The position numbers and the translations under genes are program-made. A stretch of DNA of 64,000 nucleotides from Leucoraja erinacea (Eukaryota), in the NCBI RefSeq assembly GCF_028641065.1, contig NC_073409.1:4340001-4404000 (forward strand), in the 5' to 3' direction. Every line of letters begins with the position of its first letter. Position 1 is the first letter of the stretch. The notes below the pieces were generated by a model, which was not told the DNA's origin, searched no databases, and saw only the letters and a program-made list of their open reading frames with translations. Of the stretch, positions 1 through 12,499 are shown one piece after another.

Positions 1-217
1 CCAGAAGGGTTTCGGCCTGAAACGTTGCCTATTTCCTTCAGGGTTTTTGGCCCAAAACGTTGCCTATTTCCTTTGCTCCATAGATGCTGCTGCACCCGCT
101 GAGTTTCTCCAGCATTTTTGTGTACCCAGGCAGAATAAGTTGTAGCTTTAACAGTGAATGGTGAAACATGGCTCCAGAAATTATGCCAAATACTGTCCAG
201 TGCTTCGTGTTGTTCTC

Positions 218-510
218 TGTTAGTTTAAAGATACAGCGTGTAAACAGGCCCTTCGGCCCACCGAGTCCACGCCGACCTCACACTTACAGTATCCGACACA
301 TACTAGGGACAATTTACAATTATACCAAGCCAAATAACCGACAAACCTGTATGGCTTTAGAGTGTGGGAAGAAACCGGAGCTCCCGGAAAAAAACCCCAC
401 GCAGGTCACGGGGAGAACGTACAAACTCCGTACAGACAGTACCCGTAGTCAGGATCGAGCCCGGGTCTCTGGTGCTGTGAGGCAGCAACTCTACCGCTGC
501 ACCATCTGTG
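218..510 (-). mobile_element. tRNA-derived SINE (HE1/V-SINE-like)
   Basis: A/B-box head (GGTGCAGCGG...GGCTCGATCC), conserved core, CR1-like tail ending (CTAAA)n. Confidence 0.85.
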
Positions 511-707
511 CTGCATTTTCTTTATATTTCAGCAACATAACCAATAATCTGTTCCATCGATGGCTAAAGAATGAATCTCGCCACAAATGTTGGCTGCCGT
601 GGTTTGCGTTTTCAGAGTGAAAATTGCAACTGTTCTTGCGTTTAACTCCTTCCCAACATATTGTTGGCAGCTGGAAAAATCCTGGACAAAAATGGACTAG
701 AGGCTGT

Positions 708-995
708 GGGGCAGCACAATAGCTCAGCGGTAGAGTTGCTGCTTTACAGCGCCAGAGACCCGGGTTCAATCCTGACTAGGGGTGCTGTCTGTACAGAGTT
801 TGTACGTTTGTATGTTTCTCCTGGTGTGTCGCTTTCCTCCCACATTCCAGAGATGAGTAGGTTTGCAGGTTATTTGGCTTTGGTATAATAAATTATAAAG
901 TGTCCCTAGTGTGTAGGATAGCGCAAGTGTACGGGGATCACTGGTCAGCGAGGACTCGTTGGGCCGAAGGGCCTGTCTCTAAAGTAAAGTCTAAA
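708..995 (+). mobile_element. tRNA-derived SINE (HE1-like)
   Basis: Full-length copy, inverted relative to 218-510. Confidence 0.85.
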
Positions 996-1811
996 AGTGT
1001 TGATGCTATGAGATAGACTCCTCATCCCTGGTACATAACATTAGACACCGGTGGGTGTAAGGTGGGCTGCAGTAGACATCAAAACAATGGGCAAAATACC
1101 CAGGTCAGTACTCAGGCATGGAACAATGCTTGGTCTTCAGCGGACAAGAACATTTGGTGTATTTGGCTTGGCTACATTTGACGGATATAATTGATGAAAA
1201 GGACCTAATAATTGCATTGATGAACGAGCATGGTTTCCAATAATTTAATATCAAAATAAATGTAGCAGTACAGTTTGTTATTTCATTGACAAGAATAATT
1301 AAGGATGAAGTACTTTATGTTTTTAATTAGTTTTCTGGTTGTAGCATCTAATTGTTTCATTCATGAACTTTAAAATCAAACATAACTGGACTTTAAGCAC
1401 AGTATGATTATATACGGGGCCCGATATTTGTTTATTAAATGAACCTAGGGCATTTATCTTTCTGCAGTGGTAATATAACAGGTTAAAGAGTGCCTCTATC
1501 GACAGTGAGAAAAGCATCAAGCTGGTGTGATGGAGGCACTAAGACTGACCCACCACAGTCACAGTCTGGGGCTAAGGCTCCAGTTTAGGCTGGTGTAGGT
1601 GAAATTAAGTGAATGTTATACAAGTCACAGCATTGCTTGACATGAACGTACAGTTGTCAATAACCAGACTCTACCTTGCACTAAATGTTATTCCCTTTAT
1701 CCTGTATCTGTACACTGTGGATGGCTCGATTGTAATCATGTGTAGTCTTTCCACTGACAGAATAGCAGGCAACAAAGCAGCTTTCCACTGTACCTCGGTA
1801 CACATGACAAC

Positions 1812-2060
1812 TCCCGGTGGCTCAACACTTCAACTCCCCCTCCCATTCCCAATCTGACCTTTCTGTCCTGGGCCTCCTCCATTGTCAGAGTGAAGCCCAG
1901 TGCAAAATGGAGGAGCAGCACCTCATATTTCACTTGGGTAGTTTACACCCCAGCAGTATGAACATTGACTTCTCGAACTTTAGCAAGCCCTTGTTTTCTC
2001 TCTCCCTCTCCATTCCCTCCCCCTTTCCCAGTTCTCTCACTGGTCTTACTGTCTCCGACT
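1812..2060 (+). mobile_element. Penelope-like element fragment (GIY-YIG endonuclease C-terminus)
   Basis: Peptide VAQHFNSPSHSQSDLSVLGLLHCQSEAQCKMEEQHLIFHLGSLHPSSMNIDFSNF, followed by a pyrimidine-rich tail. Confidence 0.85.
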
Positions 2061-3833
2061 ACGTTCTATCCCCCTTTATCATGCACCTATACACTGTGGG
2101 TGGCTCGATTGTAATCGTGTATTGTCTTTCTGCTGACTGGATAACACGCAACAAAAGCTTTACACTGTACCTCGGTACACGTGACAATGAACTAACCTCC
2201 AACTCAAAACAATTCAAACTAGGACAATTGAGAGTTGCATCCCAGACATATTCTCTTTGTAATTCTGTGCCTGAAATGAACACACTGACATGAAATGGTG
2301 CAATGAATGTGTGATCCAGCAGGTATTTGTGCGCTGAATGTAAACTTAGGTTCATTATCAGTCTTGTTGTTATTAACTTTACACCGAATAATTGACATGA
2401 ACTCCCATTACACAGTAAAAGCCAATATCTTTACTTAAGTGAGTGCAGGGTACAAATTTTTACAACAATCTCTAGCATAATCGTAATCATCTGATAAAAA
2501 GTTCACTTATCTTTGTATATTGAAGTAAAACAACACATTCAGGGAAATCGCAGGTTAACTTAAAGTCTCATCAACATTTGTTTCAATGATGGCAACAAAG
2601 TCCAGCTTGTGCTGCCAACAGGCTTAAAATTTAAACCGTGAACAGCTCCGGTGATTTCTACAAGTAACAAACAATTACCAAATACATCAGTTTTTAAAAA
2701 AAAGCAATTTTAAATATTTTTGCAAAGCAGTGTCTTGCGCAGCAGAGGGTAGAAAGACTGTGCAAAAGTAGAAGAACAACGTTTTTATTCCCTTTCTCTT
2801 TGCATACTTTGTTTATTTTTTCATAAACAGTGTCCAGAGACAGAGAAGTTTGAGTTCGAGTTTACTGCCTCTTGTGTGCAGATGGACATCACCCTCATAT
2901 ATATATCCCTGGTTTCCACAGCTAAACGTTGCATAAAGTGATTACATTGGGACCACCTCACACTGCGCGATACTCTGCAAGGCATCTGACCATCTTTGCA
3001 ATTAAGATTCGGAAAAAATAGCTTTTGAAGAGAAACCAGACCTGGATGTTAATAATCAATTAATTTGTGACTAATGAAAAAAGTGCTCTTTTTTTACCAA
3101 TACCTTCATATTAGGCAGCTGATTTTAATATAAACTTTAAAAAAAATTATTGTAAATTTAAGCCCATGGGATCATACCAGTGAGGAGGTATAGAAGATAT
3201 GTAATACATATTTGAGAAGGTATTTAAATGTTATTTAGAATTAACCCTGAGAGTTACTGCCCATAGTATTTTGATACATGACATAAATGTGATATCTAAA
3301 TCAAAATGTCATGGATGACAACTCCTGGCGTTATTGAATTTTCTCTTCCTGTCAGGAGCCGTGTATTCAACAAACATTCAAAACTGCTGCCTTCTGAACT
3401 TAACGTGTTCACTCCATTTCACAGACTGCATTTGCAAGTCACCGGACATTTGTACTCCTTATTCGTATTGATGGTAGGAAATTAGTTGGAGTTGTACATC
3501 GTTTCTGGTTTAGGAATTGCTTCAAATGCTAAATGCCAACATGCTTTTACCTTCTCCTGCACCTCAAGGATATAACGAATAGTACAAGGTTGTCTTTTTC
3601 CATCTGGAAATCTGTCTACTTTAGTTTAGTTTAGAGATACAGGGAAAAAAACAGGTCCTTCTGCCTGCCCAGTCTGCACCGACCAGCGATCCCCGCACAT
3701 TAACACTACCCCACCCTACACACACTGGGTCAATTTTACAATTATACCAAGCCAATTAACCTACGCACCTGTACATCTAGGGAGATTTGGGACTTTGGGA
3801 TTTATTCTTTACCTTTAGTTAGAAGGTCCATAA

Positions 3834-4019
3834 CAAGGGTTCCCAACCTGGGGTAAATTTGTTGATTCTGGATTTATGCAGATTTGACTGACTGTGTTTA
3901 GTTCTGGTATACCGGTATCTGTTCATCATTAGTTGTTCATAAATGAGTGAAATAACATTGCCATGTGTTATTAAAGTTGCCAGGGGTAAACGGGACGAAA
4001 AAGGTTGGGGAACGCCTTG
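3834..4019. mobile_element. hAT-like MITE
   Basis: Ends CAAGGGTTCCCAACCT / AGGTTGGGGAACGCCTTG; homologous (inverted) to 26704-27221. Confidence 0.75.
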
Positions 4020-5339
4020 TCTACAAGGTCCAAAGGCAAGAAATATTGCCAAATGTCTATTGCATCTACCAGCTCCAATTTATGCGTTTGGATAAGTGAG
4101 TTCAAGACTCTGCTTCAACCCCCTTCCAAAGGTAAATTATTCAGTATTGGCACGAAATAAAAGACGAATCTAGAAATCTCAAGGATTAGTTATAATGGAG
4201 AGATAAGCCAGTTAAGCACACCATCATTTTCATGCAACATTGGTTCAGTTAAATAGCAAATGTCATTATTTTATGTGTTCTCTCGATAATTTCCTGGTAA
4301 ATTATTTCACACGTTGTCACTTTGCCACAATGCAGCAGATAGCTGCAACTTGCTATGATAATAGCTTGAGGTATTGTGTGGTGCCAGGTGGAATGATGGC
4401 AGTACCTAACACAATTCAATTCTGCAAACTATCTATCAAAAATATTGGCCATTGGCATAGAGGGTGTAGCAGAGTGTTTCGGCAAAGATTAACTGCTTGT
4501 ATAAGTAGTTAACTACAGGATTTTATGTCATTCAGGTGAGCCCTTACCATTAGGCAGTCCATTAATCGTTACATTACAAAGGAGGTCTTATCTCAAACTC
4601 TTCAGAATGCTATGGAGGCTTGGAGATATGTTATGTGGTGTGATGGGCACTGTGAAGGAAAAAGATGCATCTGAAAATTATTTTTGTCTTAAATTATGGT
4701 CAAGTTGAACTTGTGAGGATTGCTTAACGCAGACATAATATTATCAACAATCAGCAAAGCTGTTCCTTCGTTAAACAGTGTTTGCCTCTGACTACAGTTA
4801 ATGTCCACAATGCTGGACATTTACTGGAGAATAAAAAGGGAAAAATGATGCCACCACATAAGGCATTTTGCACACAAGGGGACACAGTAAATATGAAGCA
4901 AACTTCTCACCAAATGTACAGAAAAAAAAATGTTCACTTACATGCAAAATTCAAGAAAGCAATATGTTTTTCCATTTTGCAGAGTACACAACTCAGCTGC
5001 TACTCTGCAGCATAAAAGTGGTCTATTCAGCAGTGAGCAAGCTAGTTATAACTCTTCCCATCATTTCAGTAGCATTAGCCTTATTTTGTCAATCTGAACA
5101 CAATTTTCAACAAATTAAATATGTGGAAACAAAGGGAACATGTGAAAAAAACCCTACGCTGAGTTGAGTGTGTTAAATGTTAATTCTATAGGAGGTGCAT
5201 GCAATGTACAGTCAGTTGAATATATACATTAGACAAAGCAATGAAACAATATTTTGAATACATCCAAATATTTTATATTCTATCACTATCTAAAGGGAAA
5301 AAGGTCAGATTTCTACACTCCTAAAAGAAAAATCAAAGG

Positions 5340-7495
5340 AGAAAATTCTGCCCATATTTATTGTTAATTGAACCAAACAGCTGTAATGATCACATCATGA
5401 GTACATTTTGGAAGAACACAAGTCATACAAAACGCTTGTAACTCCAGCTTAAGCAGAATGGATAACACTGGCATAAACCTCCAGAGCCAGTTAGGTTTAG
5501 TTACCTAGTTAAGGTTGAGTTACCTAGTTGAGGTTGTGTTTATCTGAGGTTACACACACCTCAGCAAGGAATGGGAGACCCACCATGAAGTGCGGGGTGT
5601 ATCCCATTGCAAACATTTTTTTCTGGTTATGGATGTTGAGCTACAAAAGGTTGTCAAAGTCAAACTGCTTATTGATTGAAATGGATGATTATTCCTATGC
5701 AGAACACCTCTTGACTTTGAGGGGTGGAAAGCAGATGGCTGATGAATTGAAACGTCAATGGAACCGATTGACAAAGCTCATGTCAACGTCGTTCCCGTTT
5801 AATCTTTGTTTCATGTTATCACAATCACTAAGTTATTTCATGTGTGTACTGGACAAAATACATGAACGGAATTTGTTCCCTTTGGTGCAATCAACCTTGA
5901 CTCTGGAGGGAGTCATCAGGTCAGTCATGTCCAGGGGGTCAAACCTTACTCTATCTCTACAAGTGTGCACTCAGGCCTGCCCCTTTGATTGTCAAATCAC
6001 CTATTGCACGCATCACTGAACAATCCTCTATTTTAAATATATAAAAGACCTTTTGTATTTATTACTCTCAAAAGGTACTCACCCGCACTACTCTCTTACA
6101 GGCTATTTTTTAATGAACCACGCGTGTCTACTGTCAGTGAATTATCACAAAAGGCAGCTTATATCAGAAAAGTATAATTGAATAAAGCAGTGACCTTCCA
6201 ACTGCAACAGTCTACAATATAAGGAACTTGTATTCAAGTTTTGTGCATGACAAATATAACATTGGGATTGATGTATAGTAAAGGGATACCATACAGCACA
6301 ATTGACAATTATTGTCCACATTCACTGCTATGGAGGAAAATAAAACTCTTACTACTTTCTGCAAATATCATATATAATTAAAACCAAGGAAGTACAACAT
6401 ATTAAACAAAATAGTAAATGCCAGTGGATGATCTACACATAAGGATCTTGCCCTGTCAAACTGGAGATAATCCACAAAAATATACTTTGATCTGGTGAAC
6501 ATACAATACATTGTACACCAAAGGAGATATGTTTAGGATGCTATTTACATAAACATTTGGCTCAAATTCTCTTTACATATAGGTTAGCAAGTGTTCACGG
6601 CTTTTACGGTTTAGCCTGCATTTAAAAAAAGCAAATCCAAGCCTAGGTAACAAGATAAACCATATCTAGAGAGCATCAACATGCAACTTTGGCATATATA
6701 AATAATTTCATAGCTGAATGTGTTTAAAATTATACAGTTCTATATAATCAATAATAAGTCAGGGTATTATGCTTTCTTTTAATAAAAATATATATAAGTG
6801 ATCTGGAATCTAATTTGGATTTCAGAAAACAACATAAAAGAACTTTAACCAAATTCCAATGATAACTTAATATATTAAGTTTCTCTAAATGCTATATTTT
6901 CACTTACAGTCGCCTCATTTCTCATGCGGGTACTTTCAATGCATGTCTCCAATGGACTCAATAAATTGCTTTGCCACTTCTACAACCCGTTTTTGCACTT
7001 GCAGAGAGAACTGCTCACCTCAGTCCTATACACCGTGCAATTTAAACACACTCCTTCAAGAGACGGAGACCCATGCCAGGTTCAATATCATAGATTTATT
7101 TTATGTACAGTATTGCTCTCTTTTTGTGTCTCTTTCTACAGCTTCAATGATACTAAGCAGAAGATTTAACTAGCCACACCATTTTTATACACACATACAC
7201 ACACTGTCAGAATTGACAACCAACTTGTCTTGTTTCTGCAAGCATGATAGGGTAGAATATAATTATTTTTTTTTGCAAACCAGTATAATATAACAGCTAA
7301 TACAAATAAGTGCCTGACTGGAACAGTGACTACAATTTAAATGTGGGACACCTGCAAATAGACAATTAATTTGCACTGTAGAGTACCTGATTAACTTATA
7401 CATTTTCCATGTCCTTGTCTTAGATATGTAAGGACAGTTCTCTTGTAACAAAAGAGATTACTACAAAAAACGAAAGGAGACTGCAGCAGGCGGCT
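5340..7495 (-). other. MEF2A: Probable MEF2A 3' UTR (may extend to about 2770)
   Basis: AT-rich stretch after the stop codon with no recognisable interspersed repeats down to about 4030. Minus-strand AATAAA at 7095-7100, 6058-6063, 5357-5362, 2812-2817 and 2784-2789. Confidence 0.65.
5357..5362 (-). terminator. Candidate polyadenylation signal
   Basis: AATAAA followed by a U-rich downstream tract (ttttctcctttgatttttctttt). Confidence 0.45.
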
Positions 7496-7808
7496 CTATG
7501 TCACCCAGGTGTCCATCCGCATGCGCTTTACGGATGGGCTTTCCCGGTCGTCTGCCGTTGGCCTCGGGAGCCCGAGGGGCGAGTGGAAGTCCGCCCGCGG
7601 TTCCTCCCGGTCACTGCCGTCGTAGCTGCTGCTCGAGCTGCTCAGGCTGTCGACGGGCGAGCGTCCCGTGTCGTGCCGCGTGTGCTGCTGCACGAAGCCC
7701 GACGGGGTCATCCTGTCCCGGGGCGGAGAGATGGGCTCCGACTTGATGTTGATGTTCTGGTTGGTGTTGACGGAAAGGTTGGAACCCTGAAGCGACTGGC
7801 TGTTAACT
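7496..7808 (-). CDS. MEF2A: MEF2A terminal coding exon (IKSEPISP phospho-dependent SUMO motif, KRMR NLS, stop TAG)
   Basis: ttctctgcag|AGTTAAC..., phase 2; ends ...RMDTWVT then TAG at 7496-7498. Confidence 0.97.
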
Positions 7809-9194
7809 CTGCAGAGAACGGGGGGGGAAAGCAAATAATACGACAAGCAATGAGTACGTTCAGGTAAAAACGATTAGTAATAATACGATACTCAAGTAAG
7901 TTCATAAGTGATCGGAGCAGATTTAGGCCATTCAGCCCATCAAGTCTACTCCGCCATTCTATCATGGCTGATCTATCTTTCCCTTTCAACCCCATTCGCC
8001 CTGCTTACTCCCCATCACCCCTGACACCCATATGAATCAAGAATCTATCTATCTCTGCACCTATTCCCCCCCCCCCCATCTCCCTTCTGTTTTGTTTTTC
8101 TGTTTCTTGTTTTTTGTGTAAAATTGTATGTATGCACTGAGTACGAGCAGCTTTCAGTTTCACTGTACATGTATAGTGACAATAAATGGCATATCTATAT
8201 CTATATCTATCTCTGCCTTAAAAATACCCATTGACTTGGCCTCCACATCCTTCTGTGGCAATGACTACAGAAATTCCTCCTCGTCTCCTTCCTGAAGGTA
8301 GGTCCTTTGCCCTGAGTTCACATTGAATGGTCAGTGTTTCTTCAATACTGGGGACACAATCATGCTTGCTATTCAACCTCAGCAATGCCGCACTGATTAC
8401 AGGGCGACACAGTGCCACAGCTGATAGTGCTGCTGCCTCGCAGCGGCGGAGTCCCGAATTCACTCCAGTCCATGGGTACTGTTTGGGTGGAGTTTGCACG
8501 CTCTGACCATGACCGCGTGGCTTTCCTCCAGTTTCCTTACACTTGAAGTTAAAGCGTGGAAAGAGGTCGTTTGGCCCATCAAGTCCGTGCTGACCAACGA
8601 TCACAAGCACTATCCAACACACATGGGAGAATTTATAAATTACTGAAACAATTAGCCTACAAACCTGCACATCTTTGGAGAGCGGGAGGACAAAACTCTC
8701 ATGGTCACAGGGAGATCATGCAAACTCCAGATAGACAGCACCTGTAGTCATGATTGAACCCGGGTCTCTGACGCTGCAAGCTAGCAACTCCACTGCCTCA
8801 GTTCTCATTCAATTACACACTAGGGAATATTTACAGAAGTCAATTAATCTACAAAGTTGCACGTCTTTTGGATGTGGGAGGAAAATGTGTAGCCGGAGGA
8901 ACCTGCAAACTCCACGTAGACAGCACCCGCGGTCAGGATTGAACCTGGGTCCCTGCTCTGTGAGGGGCTGTGGCTTTACCAGTTACACCACCGTGCTGCA
9001 GTGTGTTTGGGAATCGTAATGCTCTTACTGATCCTTTAGCCGGGAAGTCAATGGAAGGGATTGGATTTCAGCAATGTTTCTCTGAGAAAGGTAAAGTTCA
9101 TGAAGAAGACTCATGTGGAAAGCGACCGACAACTTTCATCGTCAGAGTAGTGAAATTACTCTGACCACCAAGTCTGACATGGCTGTAAATTTAG

Positions 9195-9500
9195 GTTAGT
9201 TTAGTTTAGAGATACAGCACGGAAACAGGCTCTTCGGCTCACCAACGATCCCTGCACATTAACCCTATCCTACCCTATCCAGGGACAATTTACATTTATA
9301 CCAAGCCAATTACACTACAAATCTGTACATCTTTGGAGTATCGGAGGAAACCGAAGTTCTCGGAGAAAACCCACGCAGGTCACGGAGAGAACGTACAAAC
9401 TCCGTACAGACAGCACCTGTAGTCGGGACCCAGTCCGGGTCTCCGGCGCTGCAAGCGCTGTAAGGCACAACTCTATCGCAGCACCACCGTGCCGCACAAT
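9195..9500 (-). mobile_element. tRNA-derived SINE (HE1-like)
   Basis: Full-length copy; further partial copies at 8400-9000. Confidence 0.85.
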
Positions 9501-10127
9501 TTAATGCACAGCCACAGTCTCGTAAATACGCCTGAACACAGTGCCCCAGCAAGGGAGCTAACAACGTCTCGGCACGAAACACGGAATGAAAAATCACTCA
9601 GACTCCCACAAACGCCAAGAACCAAATTAATCTAAACGAGACTGCAATGCAAATCAATCAGCCATCTGACCTCTCAATGGGCACTTTCAGAAGGATGCCT
9701 TTTATTCTGCTTAAGTAAATGCAAATAGTCATTAAATTTATTGTGTGGTGCCAAAACTTGCAAGTATTCAGTCACAAAATAATTCAGTTGCTCCTGCAAA
9801 AGCTCGTTAAAACTGTTTGTAAAAATCTGTCACTGTGAACCTCTTTCACTGAATGTCCAATGCAAACATTTCAAAGTTTCAAAGAATTAATTTTGATAAT
9901 TTATTTTCGTCTATCATTCATGATCCTTGCAATATTCCCAGTACTTGATTCTTCCGATGTTCGAGTCTTTGATTTGATATTTCCTTGGCCTTCTTTGTTA
10001 ACATCAGGCAGTCGTCTCTTATCCCTCGGTCTCTCTGTCTAATTGGGATAAATTTCTGCTGTGTGATATGAACTAGTTATTTACATACCTGCCACTGATC
10101 TATCATCAAACCTTTTTCCCCAGGCCA

Positions 10128-10545
10128 TATAACCATATAACAATTACAGCACGGAAACAGGCCATCTCGGCCCTACAAGTCCGTGCCGAACAAATTTTTT
10201 TTCCCCTTAGTCCCACCTGCCTGCACTCATACCATAACCCTCCATTCCCTTCTCATCCATATGCCTATCCAATTTATTTTTAAATGATACCAATGAACCT
10301 GCCTCCACCACTTCCACTGGAAGCTCATTCAACACCGCTACCACTCTCTGAGTAAAGAAGTTCCCCCTCATATTACCCTTAAACTTCTGTCCCTTAATTC
10401 TGAAGTCATTTCCTCTTGTTTGAATCTTCCCTATTCTCAAAGGGAAAAGGTTGTCCACATCAACTCTGTCTATCCCTCTCATCATTTTAAAGACCTCTAT
10501 CAAGTCCCCCCTTAACCTTCTGCACTCCAGAGAATAAAGACCTAA
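10128..10545 (-). mobile_element. CR1-type LINE 3' fragment
   Basis: Peptide IEVFKMMRGIDRVD...FFTQRVVAVLNELP..FKNKLD; the 3' tail is shared with the SINE. Confidence 0.88.
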
Positions 10546-10594
10546 AGGCCAGTCCAGACAACTTTGCTTTCACACCGAAGATAGGCACGAAAAT

Positions 10595-10918
10595 TAGTTT
10601 AGTTTAATTTAGAGATACAGCGCGTAAACAGGCTCTTCGGCCCTCCGAGTCCACATCCACCAGCGATCCCCGCACATTAACACCATCCTACACACACTAG
10701 GGATGATTTTTACATTTACCAAGTCAATTAACCTACAAACCTGTACGTGTTTGGAGTGTGGGAGGAAACCGAAGATCTTGGAGAAAACCCACGCTGGTCA
10801 CGGGGAGAACGTGCAAACTCCGTACAGACAGCACCTGTGGTGGGGATCGAACCCGGGTCTCCGGCGCTGCAAGCGCTGTACGGCAGCAACTCTACCGCTG
10901 CGCCACCGTGCCACCCTG
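10595..10918 (-). mobile_element. tRNA-derived SINE (HE1-like)
   Basis: Full-length, CpG-rich copy. Confidence 0.88.
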
Positions 10919-11359
10919 AAATGCTGGAGTAACTCTACATTCACACCGTGGTAACTGCCTGTATCTAAGTTGAGGACATTGCCTGAAGCCAACAGTATTC
11001 TCAAGCCAAACCTTATCCTTCCATACCTCTCCCCTGACTCTGACCCGAAAAGTCACCCATTCCTTCTCTCCAGAGATGCTGCATGTCCTGCTGTGTTACT
11101 CCAGCTTTTTGTGCCTATCTTCGGTTTAAACCAGTATCTGCAGTTTCTTGTTAGTTTATTTGCTGGGGCACTAACAATAAGTCAGATGTATTTATGAGTC
11201 TGTGGAGAAAGTGTCTACATGCATTTAGAGTAACATCAGACTTGGTGGTCAGAGTGATTTTGCTACTCTGGAGATGAACGATGCAGGTGAATGTCAGCTG
11301 GTTTCCACAGCAGTCTTGTTCATGATCTTTACCTTTCTCTGGGAGAGCTCATGACTTAC

Positions 11360-11486
11360 ATTAGTGAGCTGAGAGCTGCTTGTCCCAGCTGATGCTGTTG
11401 CCAGGCCGACATGGGCCCCAATGACAACGTCCCTGGCGAGTTGAATCCTGGTAGTGCTGATAAGTCAGCGCTGGTTAGTGAATAAT
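11360..11486 (-). CDS. MEF2A: MEF2A penultimate coding exon (DYSLTSADLSALPGFNSPGTLSLGPMSAWQQHQLGQAALSSL)
   Basis: gtcttacag|ATTATT...CTAAT|gtaagt; 127 nt, phase 1/2. Confidence 0.96.
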
Positions 11487-12029
11487 CTGTAAGACCAAAT
11501 GGGGGAAGAAACATTTCCATTTAGATTTACACGATTCAGATATTCAACATCTGCAGTTTTTTTCCCGCATTTATTTTGCAAGCTACTCTAATATTTATCA
11601 ACTGTGATAGTCATACACTTACAGCTTGCAAACAGACCCATCGGCCCGACTTGCCAACACTAGCCAACATGTCCCATTTATACTAGTCCCACCTGCCTGC
11701 GTTTGGCCCATATATCCCTCTAAACCTGTCCAATCCATGTACCTGTCTAAGCATTCTGATAATGATGTGAAATTGATTTTGGTAATCTGATTCATTTTGC
11801 ACTAAATCAGCATAAATCCCAAATCAAATGACACCTTCATTTGTATCGTGACTCAATACCACATATATGATATCTGTGAGGAGGGCAATAGGCGATATAA
11901 CCAAAAATCTATTCCCACACTAGATTACGTTCAAAAATGATGTTTAATGTTAGATGTCACAGGTTGGGCAAGTAAAAGAACAATTTTCCAATGAACCAAT
12001 AACAATAAGTGCGAATGCAATTTGATTAC

Positions 12030-12135
12030 CATTGTTGTACGTCGAGTACAAGAGCCCATGTGAAGGTAGACTTGGAGATGTAACAGACACGACAGGAGTT
12101 GCCAGAGCCTGTGTTGATTGTGCATTGCTTATCCT
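12030..12135 (-). CDS. MEF2A: MEF2A exon (RISNAQSTQALATPVVSVTSPSLPSHGLLYSTYNN) with MAPK target TP/SP sites
   Basis: tgtacag|AGGATA...AACAATG|gtaatc; 106 nt, phase 0/1. The 5' boundary is uncertain by 9 nt (see findings). Confidence 0.9.
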
Positions 12136-12201
12136 CTGTACATTTCACAAATAAAAGATGAAGATAATTAGCATAAGCATATATATGTACAAAATCTCTG
12201 C

Positions 12202-12450
12202 TTAGTTTAGTTTAGTGATACAGTGCACAAACAGGCCCTTCGGCCCACCGAGTCCATGCCGACCAGCGACCCCTGCACACTAACACTATCCTACACACAC
12301 TGGGGGGACTTTCAATGATACCAAGCCAATTAGTCTACAAACCTGTACGTCTTTGGAGTGTGGGAGAAAACCGGATAAACTGAGAAAAACCCACACAGGT
12401 CACGGAGAGAATGTACAAATCCCGTACAGACAAGCTGCGCCACTGTGCCG
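12202..12450 (-). mobile_element. tRNA-derived SINE (HE1-like), internally deleted
   Basis: Core and tail present. Confidence 0.82.
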
Positions 12451-12499
12451 TCGTCGTTAGACAATTCAAGGAGAAAGATACTGCTCGTGGTTAACAATG

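Noticed and set aside
168-995. ORFs and tRNA-like boxes within SINE copies (here and throughout)
   Set aside because: Recurrent peptides such as GRTYKLRTDST are SINE translations; the A/B boxes are SINE heads, not tRNA genes.
7498-7867. Plus-strand ORFs over the terminal exon
   Set aside because: Shadow frames of GC-rich coding sequence.
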